A stretch of DNA of 64,000 nucleotides, taken from assembly GCA_022710775.1 (NCBI GenBank), contig JAKLGH010000001.1:5824-69823 (forward strand), read 5' to 3'. The notes under the pieces were generated by a model, which made no database searches, had not been told where the DNA came from, and was given only the letters and a program-made list of their open reading frames with translations. Shown piece by piece: positions 25,551 to 33,747 of the stretch. Each line of letters begins with the position of its first letter. The first letter of the stretch is position 1. The position numbers were made by a program, and so were the translations under genes. This DNA comes from Patescibacteria group bacterium. Lineage in GTDB: Bacteria; Patescibacteriota; Minisyncoccia; Minisyncoccales; UBA5738.

Positions 25551-26348
25551 CTATTGGCAGGTAGGACCGCCGTCGCCATTAGGATTGTTCATTGATTGAA
25601 TGACAGCAAATTCAACGTCCAAGTTCAAGCTGTCTCCCTGGGCTTCGTTGCCGATGGCAAGACCATCGCAATCGTATCCGCCGGCGGAGTTTACAACCCA
25701 GTTACCGGCGCACCAAGAAACGCCCACGCAATAAGTTGTGTCCGGATCCAGAGGGACATAATCGCCGCATCCGGTCGGGCCGCAGCCTTTGCTAAGCTTA
25801 ATTACTTCACAAGAACTAATAGCTTCATTGGTCTTGAAAATATGCTCTCCGGCATCGAGCTGGTTATTGCAGGCATGGACTCCTCCGCCATCGTACGTGT
25901 CTTGCCAGACAAGATAATGAAGGTTGTTGGCCAATTCGCCTTCGCCGTTTCCGGGAGTGCCGCAAGTGGTATCAACCTTGCCTTCAGGCTCGTTGCAGCC
26001 ATTTTCAAGATTTTGTACCGCGTCAATTTTCATCCAAGCCCAGGCTGGATTGTCGTCAACGTGCAAGCTGATGGTGTTTTCACCCCAAGAACCGGGCTTG
26101 ATATCATCGAAATTGAAAAACTTGTGCACTCCGGCTTCCAGATCGGTCAAAGCCCATGTGCTGTTCGCATCCGGACAATTACCAGAGCCGTAATGACATT
26201 GACTGTCAATTTTGAGGTCGATATTTCCGGCCGTGAAAGTGTTTCCCGTGGATTCTTCAGTGTCGCTAAAATACGCAATTGTTCCACCAGCCATCACCGC
26301 GGTTGCGGCCGCGATAACAGCCAGGCTCATTACTATTTTTTTGTTCAT
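25551..26348 (-). CDS. TasA/camelysin-like secreted protein, first gene of the locus (candidate major subunit)
   Basis: 265 aa. The N-terminus MSLAVIAAATAVMAGGTIAYFSDTEESTGNTFTAGNIDLKID is a textbook SipW-cognate signal plus TasA-family start. FFNFDDIKPGSWGENTISLHV follows. Confidence 0.8.
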   Translation of the reverse strand: MNKKIVMSLAVIAAATAVMAGGTIAYFSDTEESTGNTFTAGNIDLKIDSQCHYGSGNCPDANSTWALTDLEAGVHKFFNFDDIKPGSWGENTISLHVDDNPAWAWMKIDAVQNLENGCNEPEGKVDTTCGTPGNGEGELANNLHYLVWQDTYDGGGVHACNNQLDAGEHIFKTNEAISSCEVIKLSKGCGPTGCGDYVPLDPDTTYCVGVSWCAGNWVVNSAGGYDCDGLAIGNEAQGDSLNLDVEFAVIQSMNNPNGDGGPTCQ

Positions 26349-26722
26349 ATTTACAATTATATTTTTATTTTCTATTTTTAACCTTTTAGGTTCAGATCGA
26401 CCTTTGGCGTTATCGCGTCAACTGTTCTGCTTTTTCCAATTTTGGGTAACAAAAAACTCAACCGCTGGCCTTCTAGAAGAAGGATATTGGTTGAATTTTT
26501 GTGATCTTTGGCTTGGCTATTTTGCAGAAAAAAGGCACAGTATATTATCTCCTTTCCCCCCGCAGAGATATTTACCGCGAATCACTATTCACAGCCTAGC
26601 AGAACCGCATATCCGCCGTCAATATTGACAACAAAATATTTGATGTCGTGCAAAAATTTCAAAAAAAATAATTACGATCTTTGCCCAGACCGGCGATATT
26701 TTTGCGCTACTCGTTTAAATTG

Positions 26723-26785
26723 CTGTTGAGGTCAAACCTCAACAGGGTTTAAGCTTGAATATTTGTTGAGGTTTGACCTCAACAG
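26723..26785. repeat. REPIN (inverted REP doublet)
   Basis: CTGTTGAGGTCAAACCTCAACAG + GGTTTAAGCTTGAATAT + TTGTTGAGGTTTGACCTCAACAG. Confidence 0.9.
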
Positions 26786-27037
26786 GTTGGTGTCCTATGG
26801 TTTAAAACAAAAACGGCTTTTAGGCCGTTTGGGAACAAGTACTGTTATGGCACCGGATTAGGGAGGAAATGAATTAATAACCCGGCGCCATAACAATATT
26901 TGTTAGGTCATCTATGAAAAGGTGTTCAGTGTCCTTAGGACATTGCGAATATAATGGTTATATCATCGGACACGTCCAAAGTCAAGCCAGAAATTAACTA
27001 TTCCTAAAACCTTGCCTTAATTGAGCGATAGCGCTAT

Positions 27038-27066
27038 TTGACTTAAATGGCCTTTTCTTTTATGAC
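27038..27066 (+). promoter_or_regulatory. Candidate sigma70-type promoter of 27121..27825
   Basis: TTGACT, a 17-nt spacer, then TATGAC. A perfect 10-bp palindrome ATAGCGCTAT (27028-27037) abuts the -35 element. The RBS GGAGGG lies 7 nt before the ATG. Confidence 0.4.
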
Positions 27067-27120
27067 AAAGCCAGCACCTTTAAACCATTAACTTACCAGA
27101 TAGGAATGGAGGGTTGATAA

Positions 27121-27825
27121 ATGAATCCGAAACCAAACAACCATAAAGCCGGAAGATCGGAGCCAACCGTGCAGCTGATGGTTAACGACTACGACATGCT
27201 GCGCCTGGCGGGAAAATTACTGACGCTGACAAACAGCGTGTTCGCAAAAAGAAATACGCCGGAATTTAACAGCAAGGAAAATAAATATATTCAAGGTTTG
27301 CTGTTAACTCTGAACGATTGGTGGCTTAGCGAAACCCGAGACGGAAGCCGCGTACCCGGAAGTACCAGCGCCCACGTCTTGGGCTCGGCGGCGGCCTACA
27401 GCATGATACTGGCCAAGCGGTTGAAAACCCAAGCAGATCGCGCAAATGCTGACGATATCAAAAGCATGCGCCAAGCCGTCATTACTGCCTACGATATAAC
27501 GGTGATGCTAAGGTGCTTGACCGATAACGCGCAAGGCATCAATATGCGACCCGCCGTAAACCGCTACTTTGACGGAGTTACGGCTGTCTTAGCTGGCGAG
27601 GAGGCAGATTTAGCCGAATATGAAAAGGATATTCCAAAGCTCTACAAATATCCGTCTATCGCGCGGGTATTCACAATGACCACGGATATCGGAGGCGGAG
27701 GAGACCTTCGTTACTATTATCAGCGAAGGCCCGATGGAAGCGAGCAAGTTTACGCCGGATCCGATGAAGCCGGAAAACTTTTTATCAGAGCGATGAATAA
27801 AGCCAAGCAAAAGAGAGGTAAATAA
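27121..27825 (+). CDS. Hypothetical cytoplasmic protein, paralog 1 of a tandem pair (no family recognised)
   Basis: 234 aa. It shares EPTV.L, AGK, LL..N.W, R.GS.VP, LG....MIL and YAG...AGK blocks with 28040..28741. It has its own RBS and terminator. Confidence 0.75.
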   Translation: MNPKPNNHKAGRSEPTVQLMVNDYDMLRLAGKLLTLTNSVFAKRNTPEFNSKENKYIQGLLLTLNDWWLSETRDGSRVPGSTSAHVLGSAAAYSMILAKRLKTQADRANADDIKSMRQAVITAYDITVMLRCLTDNAQGINMRPAVNRYFDGVTAVLAGEEADLAEYEKDIPKLYKYPSIARVFTMTTDIGGGGDLRYYYQRRPDGSEQVYAGSDEAGKLFIRAMNKAKQKRGK

Positions 27826-27844
27826 GCGGCCTATGAGCCAAACA

Positions 27845-27867
27845 AAGGGTAGCAATACCCTTTTTTC
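27845..27867 (+). terminator. Rho-independent terminator of paralog 1
   Basis: AAGGGTAgcaaTACCCTTTTTT. Confidence 0.75.
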
Positions 27868-27887
27868 GTTAACAGCCCCGCTGACGT

Positions 27888-27949
27888 GTTGAGGTCAAAC
27901 CTCAACAGGAAGTTCCCGAACAAAATCTGTTGAGGTTTGACCTCAACAG
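27888..27949. repeat. REPIN (inverted REP doublet)
   Basis: GTTGAGGTCAAACCTCAACAG + GAAGTTCCCGAACAAAAT + CTGTTGAGGTTTGACCTCAACAG. Confidence 0.9.
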
Positions 27950-27959
27950 ATCTTTAGGC

Positions 27960-27988
27960 TTGACTAAAAACGGTTTTTCTGTTATGGT
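27960..27988 (+). promoter_or_regulatory. Candidate sigma70-type promoter of 28040..28741
   Basis: TTGACT, a 17-nt spacer, then TATGGT. It has the same -35 hexamer and spacing as the paralog-1 promoter. The RBS GAGGTGG precedes the ATG. Confidence 0.4.
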
Positions 27989-28039
27989 ACGAGCAGTTCT
28001 TCCCATGGTTTTTTTGGAAGCATCGTTTGAGGTGGAAGT

Positions 28040-28741
28040 ATGGCAGATAATTCAGCGGAAGCAGGCAAAAAGATGATCGAACCTACCGTCAGACTGGAAA
28101 TTACGGCAGAACAGGTGTTGTTGTTCGCGGGCAAGTCAATGAATTTGTTTGCAACATTGTTCGGAAAGCAATTCGAATACTCAAGTAAGCTGGCAAACGC
28201 CAAGTCGCAGTTGCTTTGGGTCAATAATTGGTTGCGAAACGCCACTCGCGGCGGATCGGTGGTGCCCCAAGAGACAAACGTCTGGAAGCTGGGAGCGACT
28301 TTGGGACATTGCATGATTCTGCACATAATGACCCAGGAGCTTGCAAATAAGGTGAGCGAGGCGGATAAACAATGTCTGGAACGCGCCGTCATGAATGCCC
28401 GGGGCATGATAAATATGCTCAACCGCTGGGTCGAGGAGTCGGACGGTATAAGCGAGAATCGCAAACTACGGCGCTTTTATCATGGATTCGCCGTAGCGCT
28501 TGTCAGGGGAAACGTATCGATGACCGATTACATCGATCTGTTGCCAAATATGCCGGGCAGTCCGATATTGGTTCAGGTTTTGTCGATGACACTGGGTTCC
28601 CCCAACGAGTTCATATATTGCGAAAGCGACTTTGGCGGAGACCGGCTTTACGCCGGAAAAAACCAGGCCGGAAAATGGTTGGCGCAAATGCTCACGAACG
28701 TAAAAAGCGGAAAGGCGAACGCCGAGAACACTTCGGCATAA
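28040..28741 (+). CDS. Hypothetical cytoplasmic protein, paralog 2 of the tandem pair
   Basis: 233 aa, roughly 25-30% identical by eye to 27121..27825 along its full length. Confidence 0.75.
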   Translation: MADNSAEAGKKMIEPTVRLEITAEQVLLFAGKSMNLFATLFGKQFEYSSKLANAKSQLLWVNNWLRNATRGGSVVPQETNVWKLGATLGHCMILHIMTQELANKVSEADKQCLERAVMNARGMINMLNRWVEESDGISENRKLRRFYHGFAVALVRGNVSMTDYIDLLPNMPGSPILVQVLSMTLGSPNEFIYCESDFGGDRLYAGKNQAGKWLAQMLTNVKSGKANAENTSA

Positions 28742-28764
28742 AGGGAATTATCATCCCTTTTTTT
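28741..28764 (+). terminator. Rho-independent terminator of paralog 2
   Basis: AAGGGAattatcaTCCCTTTTTTT, starting at the stop codon. Confidence 0.75.
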
Positions 28765-28794
28765 AATACATTTTCCGCTGACTTGAGACAAGCA

Positions 28795-28823
28795 ACAAAA
28801 AAAGCCCGGTTGGGCTTTTTTTG
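28795..28823. terminator. Bidirectional terminator (serves rplL on the minus strand)
   Basis: AAAAAAAGCCCggttGGGCTTTTTTT. Confidence 0.75.
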
Positions 28824-28848
28824 AGCAATGCTGGTGCGGAATGACGTT

Positions 28849-29259
28849 TTATTTCAATTCCACTTTCGCGCCGGCGGCTTCGAATTTTTTCTTCATTTCC
28901 TCGGCCTCTTCCTTTTTGGCGTTCTCCTTTACCACCTGGGGGGCGGCAGCCGAAGCGTCAACGAGGTCTTTGGATTCTTTTAAACCCTTCTGGGTAATGT
29001 CGCGGACAACCTTGATCACTTCGATCTTCTTGTCTCCGGGAGCGGCAAGCACAACCGTGAAGGATGTTTTCTCTTCCGCGGCGGGAGCGGCGGCTCCGGC
29101 GGCGGCGCCAGCCACCATAACGGGAGCGGCGGCGGATACGCCGAACTTCTGCTCAAGGATCTTAACCAGCTCGGCCAAGTCCAAAACTGACATTTCTTCG
29201 ATCTTTTTCACGAGGTCGGCGAATTTTGCCGGAACCTCGACTTTTTCTGCGTCTGCCAT
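28849..29259 (-). CDS. rplL: 50S ribosomal protein L7/L12
   Basis: 136 aa with an Ala-rich hinge ([14 protein letters not shown]) and the C-terminal domain [24 protein letters not shown]...[12 protein letters not shown]. Confidence 0.95.
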   Translation of the reverse strand: MADAEKVEVPAKFADLVKKIEEMSVLDLAELVKILEQKFGVSAAAPVMVAGAAAGAAAPAAEEKTSFTVVLAAPGDKKIEVIKVVRDITQKGLKESKDLVDASAAAPQVVKENAKKEEAEEMKKKFEAAGAKVELK

Positions 29260-29322
29260 TTTTTTATTGTATGCGCCCGGTTTTATAGGGATAAACCCTT
29301 CGGCCGGACGTACGGTTAATAT

Positions 29323-29841
29323 TTATTCAGCTTTCTTGATCTGCGATAAGGCGCGCACCAAACCCGTGATATTGGCCTGCAAAACGTAGGCAAAATTGCG
29401 GGCCGGGCTGGACATACTGCCAACCATATTGGCCAGCAATTGCTGGCGGCTGGGAAGCATTGCCAGCGCCTGAACCTCGGATAAACCGATTTCCTTGTTT
29501 TCCAGATAACCGCCAAGGATCTTAATAAACTTGTTGGTCCTGGAAAACTCGTAAACCACCCGGGCCGGAGACACCTCGTCGGAGTAACCCATTACGAGAG
29601 CTATCTCCCCCTGCATCTTTTTGGGATCGGCGGCAATTTTCTTATCCTTGAAAACGATAGTCATCAAGGTTTTTTTGGCCACTTTGAGCTCGGCTCCGTT
29701 TTCGCGAAGCTTTTTCTTGAGCTCGACCATGTCTTTTACTTTAAGGCCGGTAAAATCGGCAAAAACCATCGCTTTCTGTTTGGCGACTTTTTCGCCCAGC
29801 GATTTCACTATTTCTTTTTTCTTATCTTTTGATATCGCCAT
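29323..29841 (-). CDS. rplJ: 50S ribosomal protein L10
   Basis: 172 aa, MAISKDKKKEIVKSLGEKVAKQKAMVFADFTGLKVKDMVELKKKLRENGAELKVAKKTL, immediately upstream of rplL. Confidence 0.9.
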   Translation of the reverse strand: MAISKDKKKEIVKSLGEKVAKQKAMVFADFTGLKVKDMVELKKKLRENGAELKVAKKTLMTIVFKDKKIAADPKKMQGEIALVMGYSDEVSPARVVYEFSRTNKFIKILGGYLENKEIGLSEVQALAMLPSRQQLLANMVGSMSSPARNFAYVLQANITGLVRALSQIKKAE

Positions 29842-30036
29842 GTGGGTAAACTTGTAACAAAAAAATCCGCTTCCGCAGATTCAGACCAAGATCGGCGATA
29901 CGAGAAGCAAAATACCGAACGCGTTCGATGCTTTGCCTAACAGGCTGCCATCCTCGGCAGGATTTAGCGGGTTTTTACGCCCTTACCTGCTGTCTGCGGA
30001 TGGTTAGATATTAACAAACAACCAGTTCATTGTCAA
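29842..30036 (-). promoter_or_regulatory. rplJL promoter plus structured leader/attenuator (L10-leader-like)
   Basis: Minus strand: TTGACA (complement of 30031-30036), a 17-nt spacer, then TAATAT (30008-30013). A leader of about 150 nt has long-range pairing CCGCAGA...TCTGCGG. A hairpin ATCTGCggaaGCGGAT plus T7 (29859-29880) lies 18 nt before the rplJ ATG. Confidence 0.5.
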
Positions 30037-30040
30037 ATCC

Positions 30041-31150
30041 CTATTGCTCAACGCAAAGCAAACGGAGCGAAGAATTGCAGCTTTTGCCAATCAAACCGGT
30101 CGCGCCTTCGTTGGAAACAACCGAGCTGTACGCTCCGACGTAGTTGGCCGGTATGCTTTTGCCCTGGCTGTTGTAGCACCGTTCCAAACCCGCAAAATCG
30201 GGCACGTTGCCCGTATAGATCTTATCTTTGCTTTGCGACCAGTTCTGGCAAGTCGTCGAATAGGAATAACTGTCTTCGGAATTCATGATGGTCAAACAAT
30301 CTTTTTTGGCGTTGGGAGTGAGCCGTCCGACCCATACCCTCCCGAAATTCTTGATAAATTCTGGATCGAGCTTGATCTTCGCCGTTTCCGCGGACAAAGT
30401 GAACTTTTCGATCAGTTTCTCGGTATTTTCAGCCAGCAGACGGTGGCAGGTAGTGCCTTCGACCAATGACGATGAACCCGAAGCGAGCACATACACGCTC
30501 GGATCTTTAAGCCGTTCCTTGGCGGAAACCGAATCGTTGCCCAAAAAGGCGATAAAATTGCCCTGATAGCCCAGCTTCTCCGCTTCTTTGGCACACTTTT
30601 TGTCGGCGCCCTCAAATCCGTCAAGGTTGCCGTTATAGTTGTTAGCGGTAATAAAAACCTTTCGGATATTTTCGTAGTTGCTGGCGATAAACGGGTATTC
30701 CGCTTCTACCGACAACGCCTCGCAAGAAACGTATTTCGAGCTGAGAATTTCGATTTTTTTGTTCGAATACGCCACCAGATTGCCATCTTTCCAAGGATAC
30801 TCGAAAACCACAATCCGGAAATCGTTGCCGCCGCGCTGGTAAACAAAAGTTTTCCAATCATAAATCCCCTGTTTTCCCGGCAGGTTCCGCGCAATCCATT
30901 GGACCCCGGACGGAGAATACAATATAATACCCACCTTATCAACCTTGCCGGCAGCCCATTTTATCGTATAGGAATCCCCGGCTTTTAAAACCACCGGATC
31001 CTTGCCTTCAACGATGGTTAATGACCGCTTGGTGATCAAAAAGGTTGCCGCAAGAACGATCGCGAGAATCAATACAATCATTCCCGCCACAATCAGCACG
31101 GCATATCTTTTGAATACCGACTGCCCTTCGTTTGATTCGTCGTTTTCCAT
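30041..31150 (-). CDS. Membrane-anchored extracellular protein with a DUF1554-like C-terminal domain
   Basis: 369 aa with the N-terminal TM AVLIVAGMIVLILAIVLAATFLI. The motif VFITANNYNGNLDGFEGADKKCAKEAEKLGYQGNFIAFLGNDSVSAKERL fits the DUF1554 pattern as I recall it. Confidence 0.55.
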   Translation of the reverse strand: MENDESNEGQSVFKRYAVLIVAGMIVLILAIVLAATFLITKRSLTIVEGKDPVVLKAGDSYTIKWAAGKVDKVGIILYSPSGVQWIARNLPGKQGIYDWKTFVYQRGGNDFRIVVFEYPWKDGNLVAYSNKKIEILSSKYVSCEALSVEAEYPFIASNYENIRKVFITANNYNGNLDGFEGADKKCAKEAEKLGYQGNFIAFLGNDSVSAKERLKDPSVYVLASGSSSLVEGTTCHRLLAENTEKLIEKFTLSAETAKIKLDPEFIKNFGRVWVGRLTPNAKKDCLTIMNSEDSYSYSTTCQNWSQSKDKIYTGNVPDFAGLERCYNSQGKSIPANYVGAYSSVVSNEGATGLIGKSCNSSLRLLCVEQ

Positions 31151-31220
31151 TTTTGGATTGCCGGGACTTTGCCCGAAATTTATTTCCGCCCTTTGGCGGA
31201 ATTATTGCGACATATTTAAG

Positions 31221-31580
31221 CTACCGTTTTATTTCTTCCTTTATGGCAGGGGGCGCCGGAGGTAAATTCTTGGACATATCAACCGGAAGGTTATCCTCGG
31301 ATATCCGGTCTTCGGGGTAAAAAATTCCCCTCGAGCCGCGCCAATCGCCGATTATAGCGACAGAAAAATAAACAATAAGCAAACCGAATCCGATCACTCC
31401 AGCCAGCGACAAAGAGGCCAGCAAGTCCCTCATTTTTGCGCCATCCAGGGTTTGATCGGCTCCGCTATCGGAATCGCGGTCAGCGCCCAATTTAAGCTGA
31501 ACAACGATAGATACGAAGAACAGCGCGACAGAAAGGTAAAAAGTAACCGGTATTGAAAGCAATATGTTTAGGAATGACAT
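31221..31580 (-). CDS. Small membrane protein
   Basis: 119 aa with two predicted TM helices. It is tightly spaced between co-directional genes. Confidence 0.5.
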   Translation of the reverse strand: MSFLNILLSIPVTFYLSVALFFVSIVVQLKLGADRDSDSGADQTLDGAKMRDLLASLSLAGVIGFGLLIVYFSVAIIGDWRGSRGIFYPEDRISEDNLPVDMSKNLPPAPPAIKEEIKR

Positions 31581-31591
31581 CGGCGTAAGCG

Positions 31592-33691
31592 CTAAAATTC
31601 AAGCTCGTTCACTTTTTCAAAATTTTGGGACGATACTACGATTATTTTATCATCACTGACGACATAAAAGAAATCCCCAAGATATAAAGCGCGCTTAACC
31701 GCATTGCCAGCCAAAGCCTTTTTTAATTCCAATTTGCCGTTTTTATACGAGAAGAAGTATCCGCCTTTGGAACCGGGCATGAAAAAAAGCTTGTTTGCGC
31801 GGTCCAGCAAGAAAGCATGGTGATTGCCTTCAACCTCGGTCCAGTAATCATCGAGGTTGTATTTGGCCAGTTCCCGCGGCTTTGACGGCAAGGAAACGTC
31901 GAATAACGACACCTTGACCTTCCAGTTTTCTTTTCCAATGCCCAAAACCAAATTTTTATCAAGCGGATGCAGATAAGCCGAGTATCCCGGAATCTGCAAT
32001 TCCCCCTTCAGCTCCGGTTTTTTCGGATCGGACAAGTCAATGACAAAAAACGGATCAGTCTGCTTGAACGTGACCAAATAACCAAGTTCGTTGACAAAGC
32101 GCGCGGAGTAAATCCGTTCGTCCAATCCCAAGTCTTGGAGCGAACCAAGCAAGGCCAAGCCGCCGTCTAAAACATAAACATCGTTGGCGCTTTCACCCAT
32201 AGATCCAAACATGCTCCAGCCGCCTCCGACCGTTGTGGCTATGCGCAAATTGCCAAGGTATTCGTCAAGCGCAAACTGATTCAAGGGGGAACCGGGGACG
32301 CTTCCCGAAGCAACAATTTGCAGATCTTGGACATTTAATTTAACGATTCCCGTACGCTCCAATTCGCGCGAGCGCAACTTGGAAAAATCGGCCAGCCGGT
32401 TGGCCAGCTCGTTATCGAATTTTACCCGGTCATCGGCCGACAAGGTTGCCCGATAATTGGACATGACAGTTGTTACTTCGGTAAGCTTGGCAGCCGCGCT
32501 GATATCATAGGAAGCCAGCCGCCCGATCCTTTCGACGAGATAGGTCGGCACCAGGCCGGCTGCCTTGTCCGAAAGGAAATCGTGATAGAACTTGATGTAA
32601 TCTCCGGCATATCCCCAAGTTACGTAAATTCCTGACTGGGACATGTATAATAGGGAGGATCCGGAAGATCCGACAAAAGAGAGGCTTTTTTCGATAGTGC
32701 CCGAAACCGCGTCAACGATAACCGCGGTATAGATGACGTCGGCGCTGAAATCCGGATCCGGGTGGTAAATATCGCCGCACTGCACGATCATTGGCGAATC
32801 GCCGGCCGCGAAAGGCCGCACCGGGCAGGGATGATAGGCATCGATAACAGTCTTGGAAACAAGGTAAATCTTTGATCCGTACAAGCGCGAGCCGACCAGC
32901 TGGTTATTATCCTCAAGCTTGATCGTCCAAACTTCTGACGGTTTCTTCGGATCGGTTATGTCGTATCCGTAAATTTGGCTGCTGGAAAAAACGGCTAACC
33001 GGTTCTTTGCGATCAAAAGCTCGCCGCCAGCCTGGATCGATCCGCTTTTGGCCAGCTTATCCGGCGGAAAAGCGTCAAAAACGGCAGTTTCGCCCTTGGG
33101 CTGGACGGGAACGCCGACACCGCCCTTTTGCGGAGCGGAAATTACATCATCATAGCGCGTCCAATAGTACGACATCGGCTGGGAATAAAAAATCGTTTTG
33201 CCGTCGGTTTTAACAATATCGGGCTCATCGATGCCGGCAACCTGCACATTTGTTTGCGAAACGCGGCCCGCGGCCTCGCCAGCGCCAAAACCGTCGTCAA
33301 CCGAGGTTTTTCTTTCCGCGGCGGGAACCGCTATTCCCATTGCCGCAATATCGTTCGCGGCGCCGCCGGTGCCAAATCCGCCCGATTTCGTTTGCGTAAG
33401 CTGGACTTCGGCCAGGAATTTTTTAAAATCGTCCTCGGATGAAAATTTAGAAATGCCTTTTATCGATATAACCGAGGTTTTATCGCCGGTGGGCTGGTTG
33501 CCGACTGCGTTATTGACAACATTGGTAAAAGGGAGGGAAATTTGATCATTTACCGAGGAGATCTGGATTATAAGAAAAAAAGCGACCGTTATGGCAAAAG
33601 CCGCTAAAAAACCAAGCGCGAATTTCTGGTTGATCTGGCCAGAAATTTTCGGGTTGGGAGCATTAGTATCGGAAGTATTGGTTTCGGGCAT
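31592..33691 (-). CDS. Beta-propeller domain-containing secreted protein (Beta_propel family)
   Basis: 699 aa with an N-terminal TM. The motif VSQTNVQVAGIDEPDIVKTDGKTIFY is typical of that family. Confidence 0.65.
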   Translation of the reverse strand: MPETNTSDTNAPNPKISGQINQKFALGFLAAFAITVAFFLIIQISSVNDQISLPFTNVVNNAVGNQPTGDKTSVISIKGISKFSSEDDFKKFLAEVQLTQTKSGGFGTGGAANDIAAMGIAVPAAERKTSVDDGFGAGEAAGRVSQTNVQVAGIDEPDIVKTDGKTIFYSQPMSYYWTRYDDVISAPQKGGVGVPVQPKGETAVFDAFPPDKLAKSGSIQAGGELLIAKNRLAVFSSSQIYGYDITDPKKPSEVWTIKLEDNNQLVGSRLYGSKIYLVSKTVIDAYHPCPVRPFAAGDSPMIVQCGDIYHPDPDFSADVIYTAVIVDAVSGTIEKSLSFVGSSGSSLLYMSQSGIYVTWGYAGDYIKFYHDFLSDKAAGLVPTYLVERIGRLASYDISAAAKLTEVTTVMSNYRATLSADDRVKFDNELANRLADFSKLRSRELERTGIVKLNVQDLQIVASGSVPGSPLNQFALDEYLGNLRIATTVGGGWSMFGSMGESANDVYVLDGGLALLGSLQDLGLDERIYSARFVNELGYLVTFKQTDPFFVIDLSDPKKPELKGELQIPGYSAYLHPLDKNLVLGIGKENWKVKVSLFDVSLPSKPRELAKYNLDDYWTEVEGNHHAFLLDRANKLFFMPGSKGGYFFSYKNGKLELKKALAGNAVKRALYLGDFFYVVSDDKIIVVSSQNFEKVNELEF

Positions 33692-33747
33692 GGATATAGT
33701 ATTTTACTGGTTTTATTTTACTTTTTACCCTATCCTATACTTTAATT

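Noticed and set aside
28841-29389. A 182-aa plus-strand ORF antisense to rplL.
   Set aside because: It is the mirror frame of a highly conserved ribosomal protein gene, and its A/S/F-rich product is typical of antisense translation.
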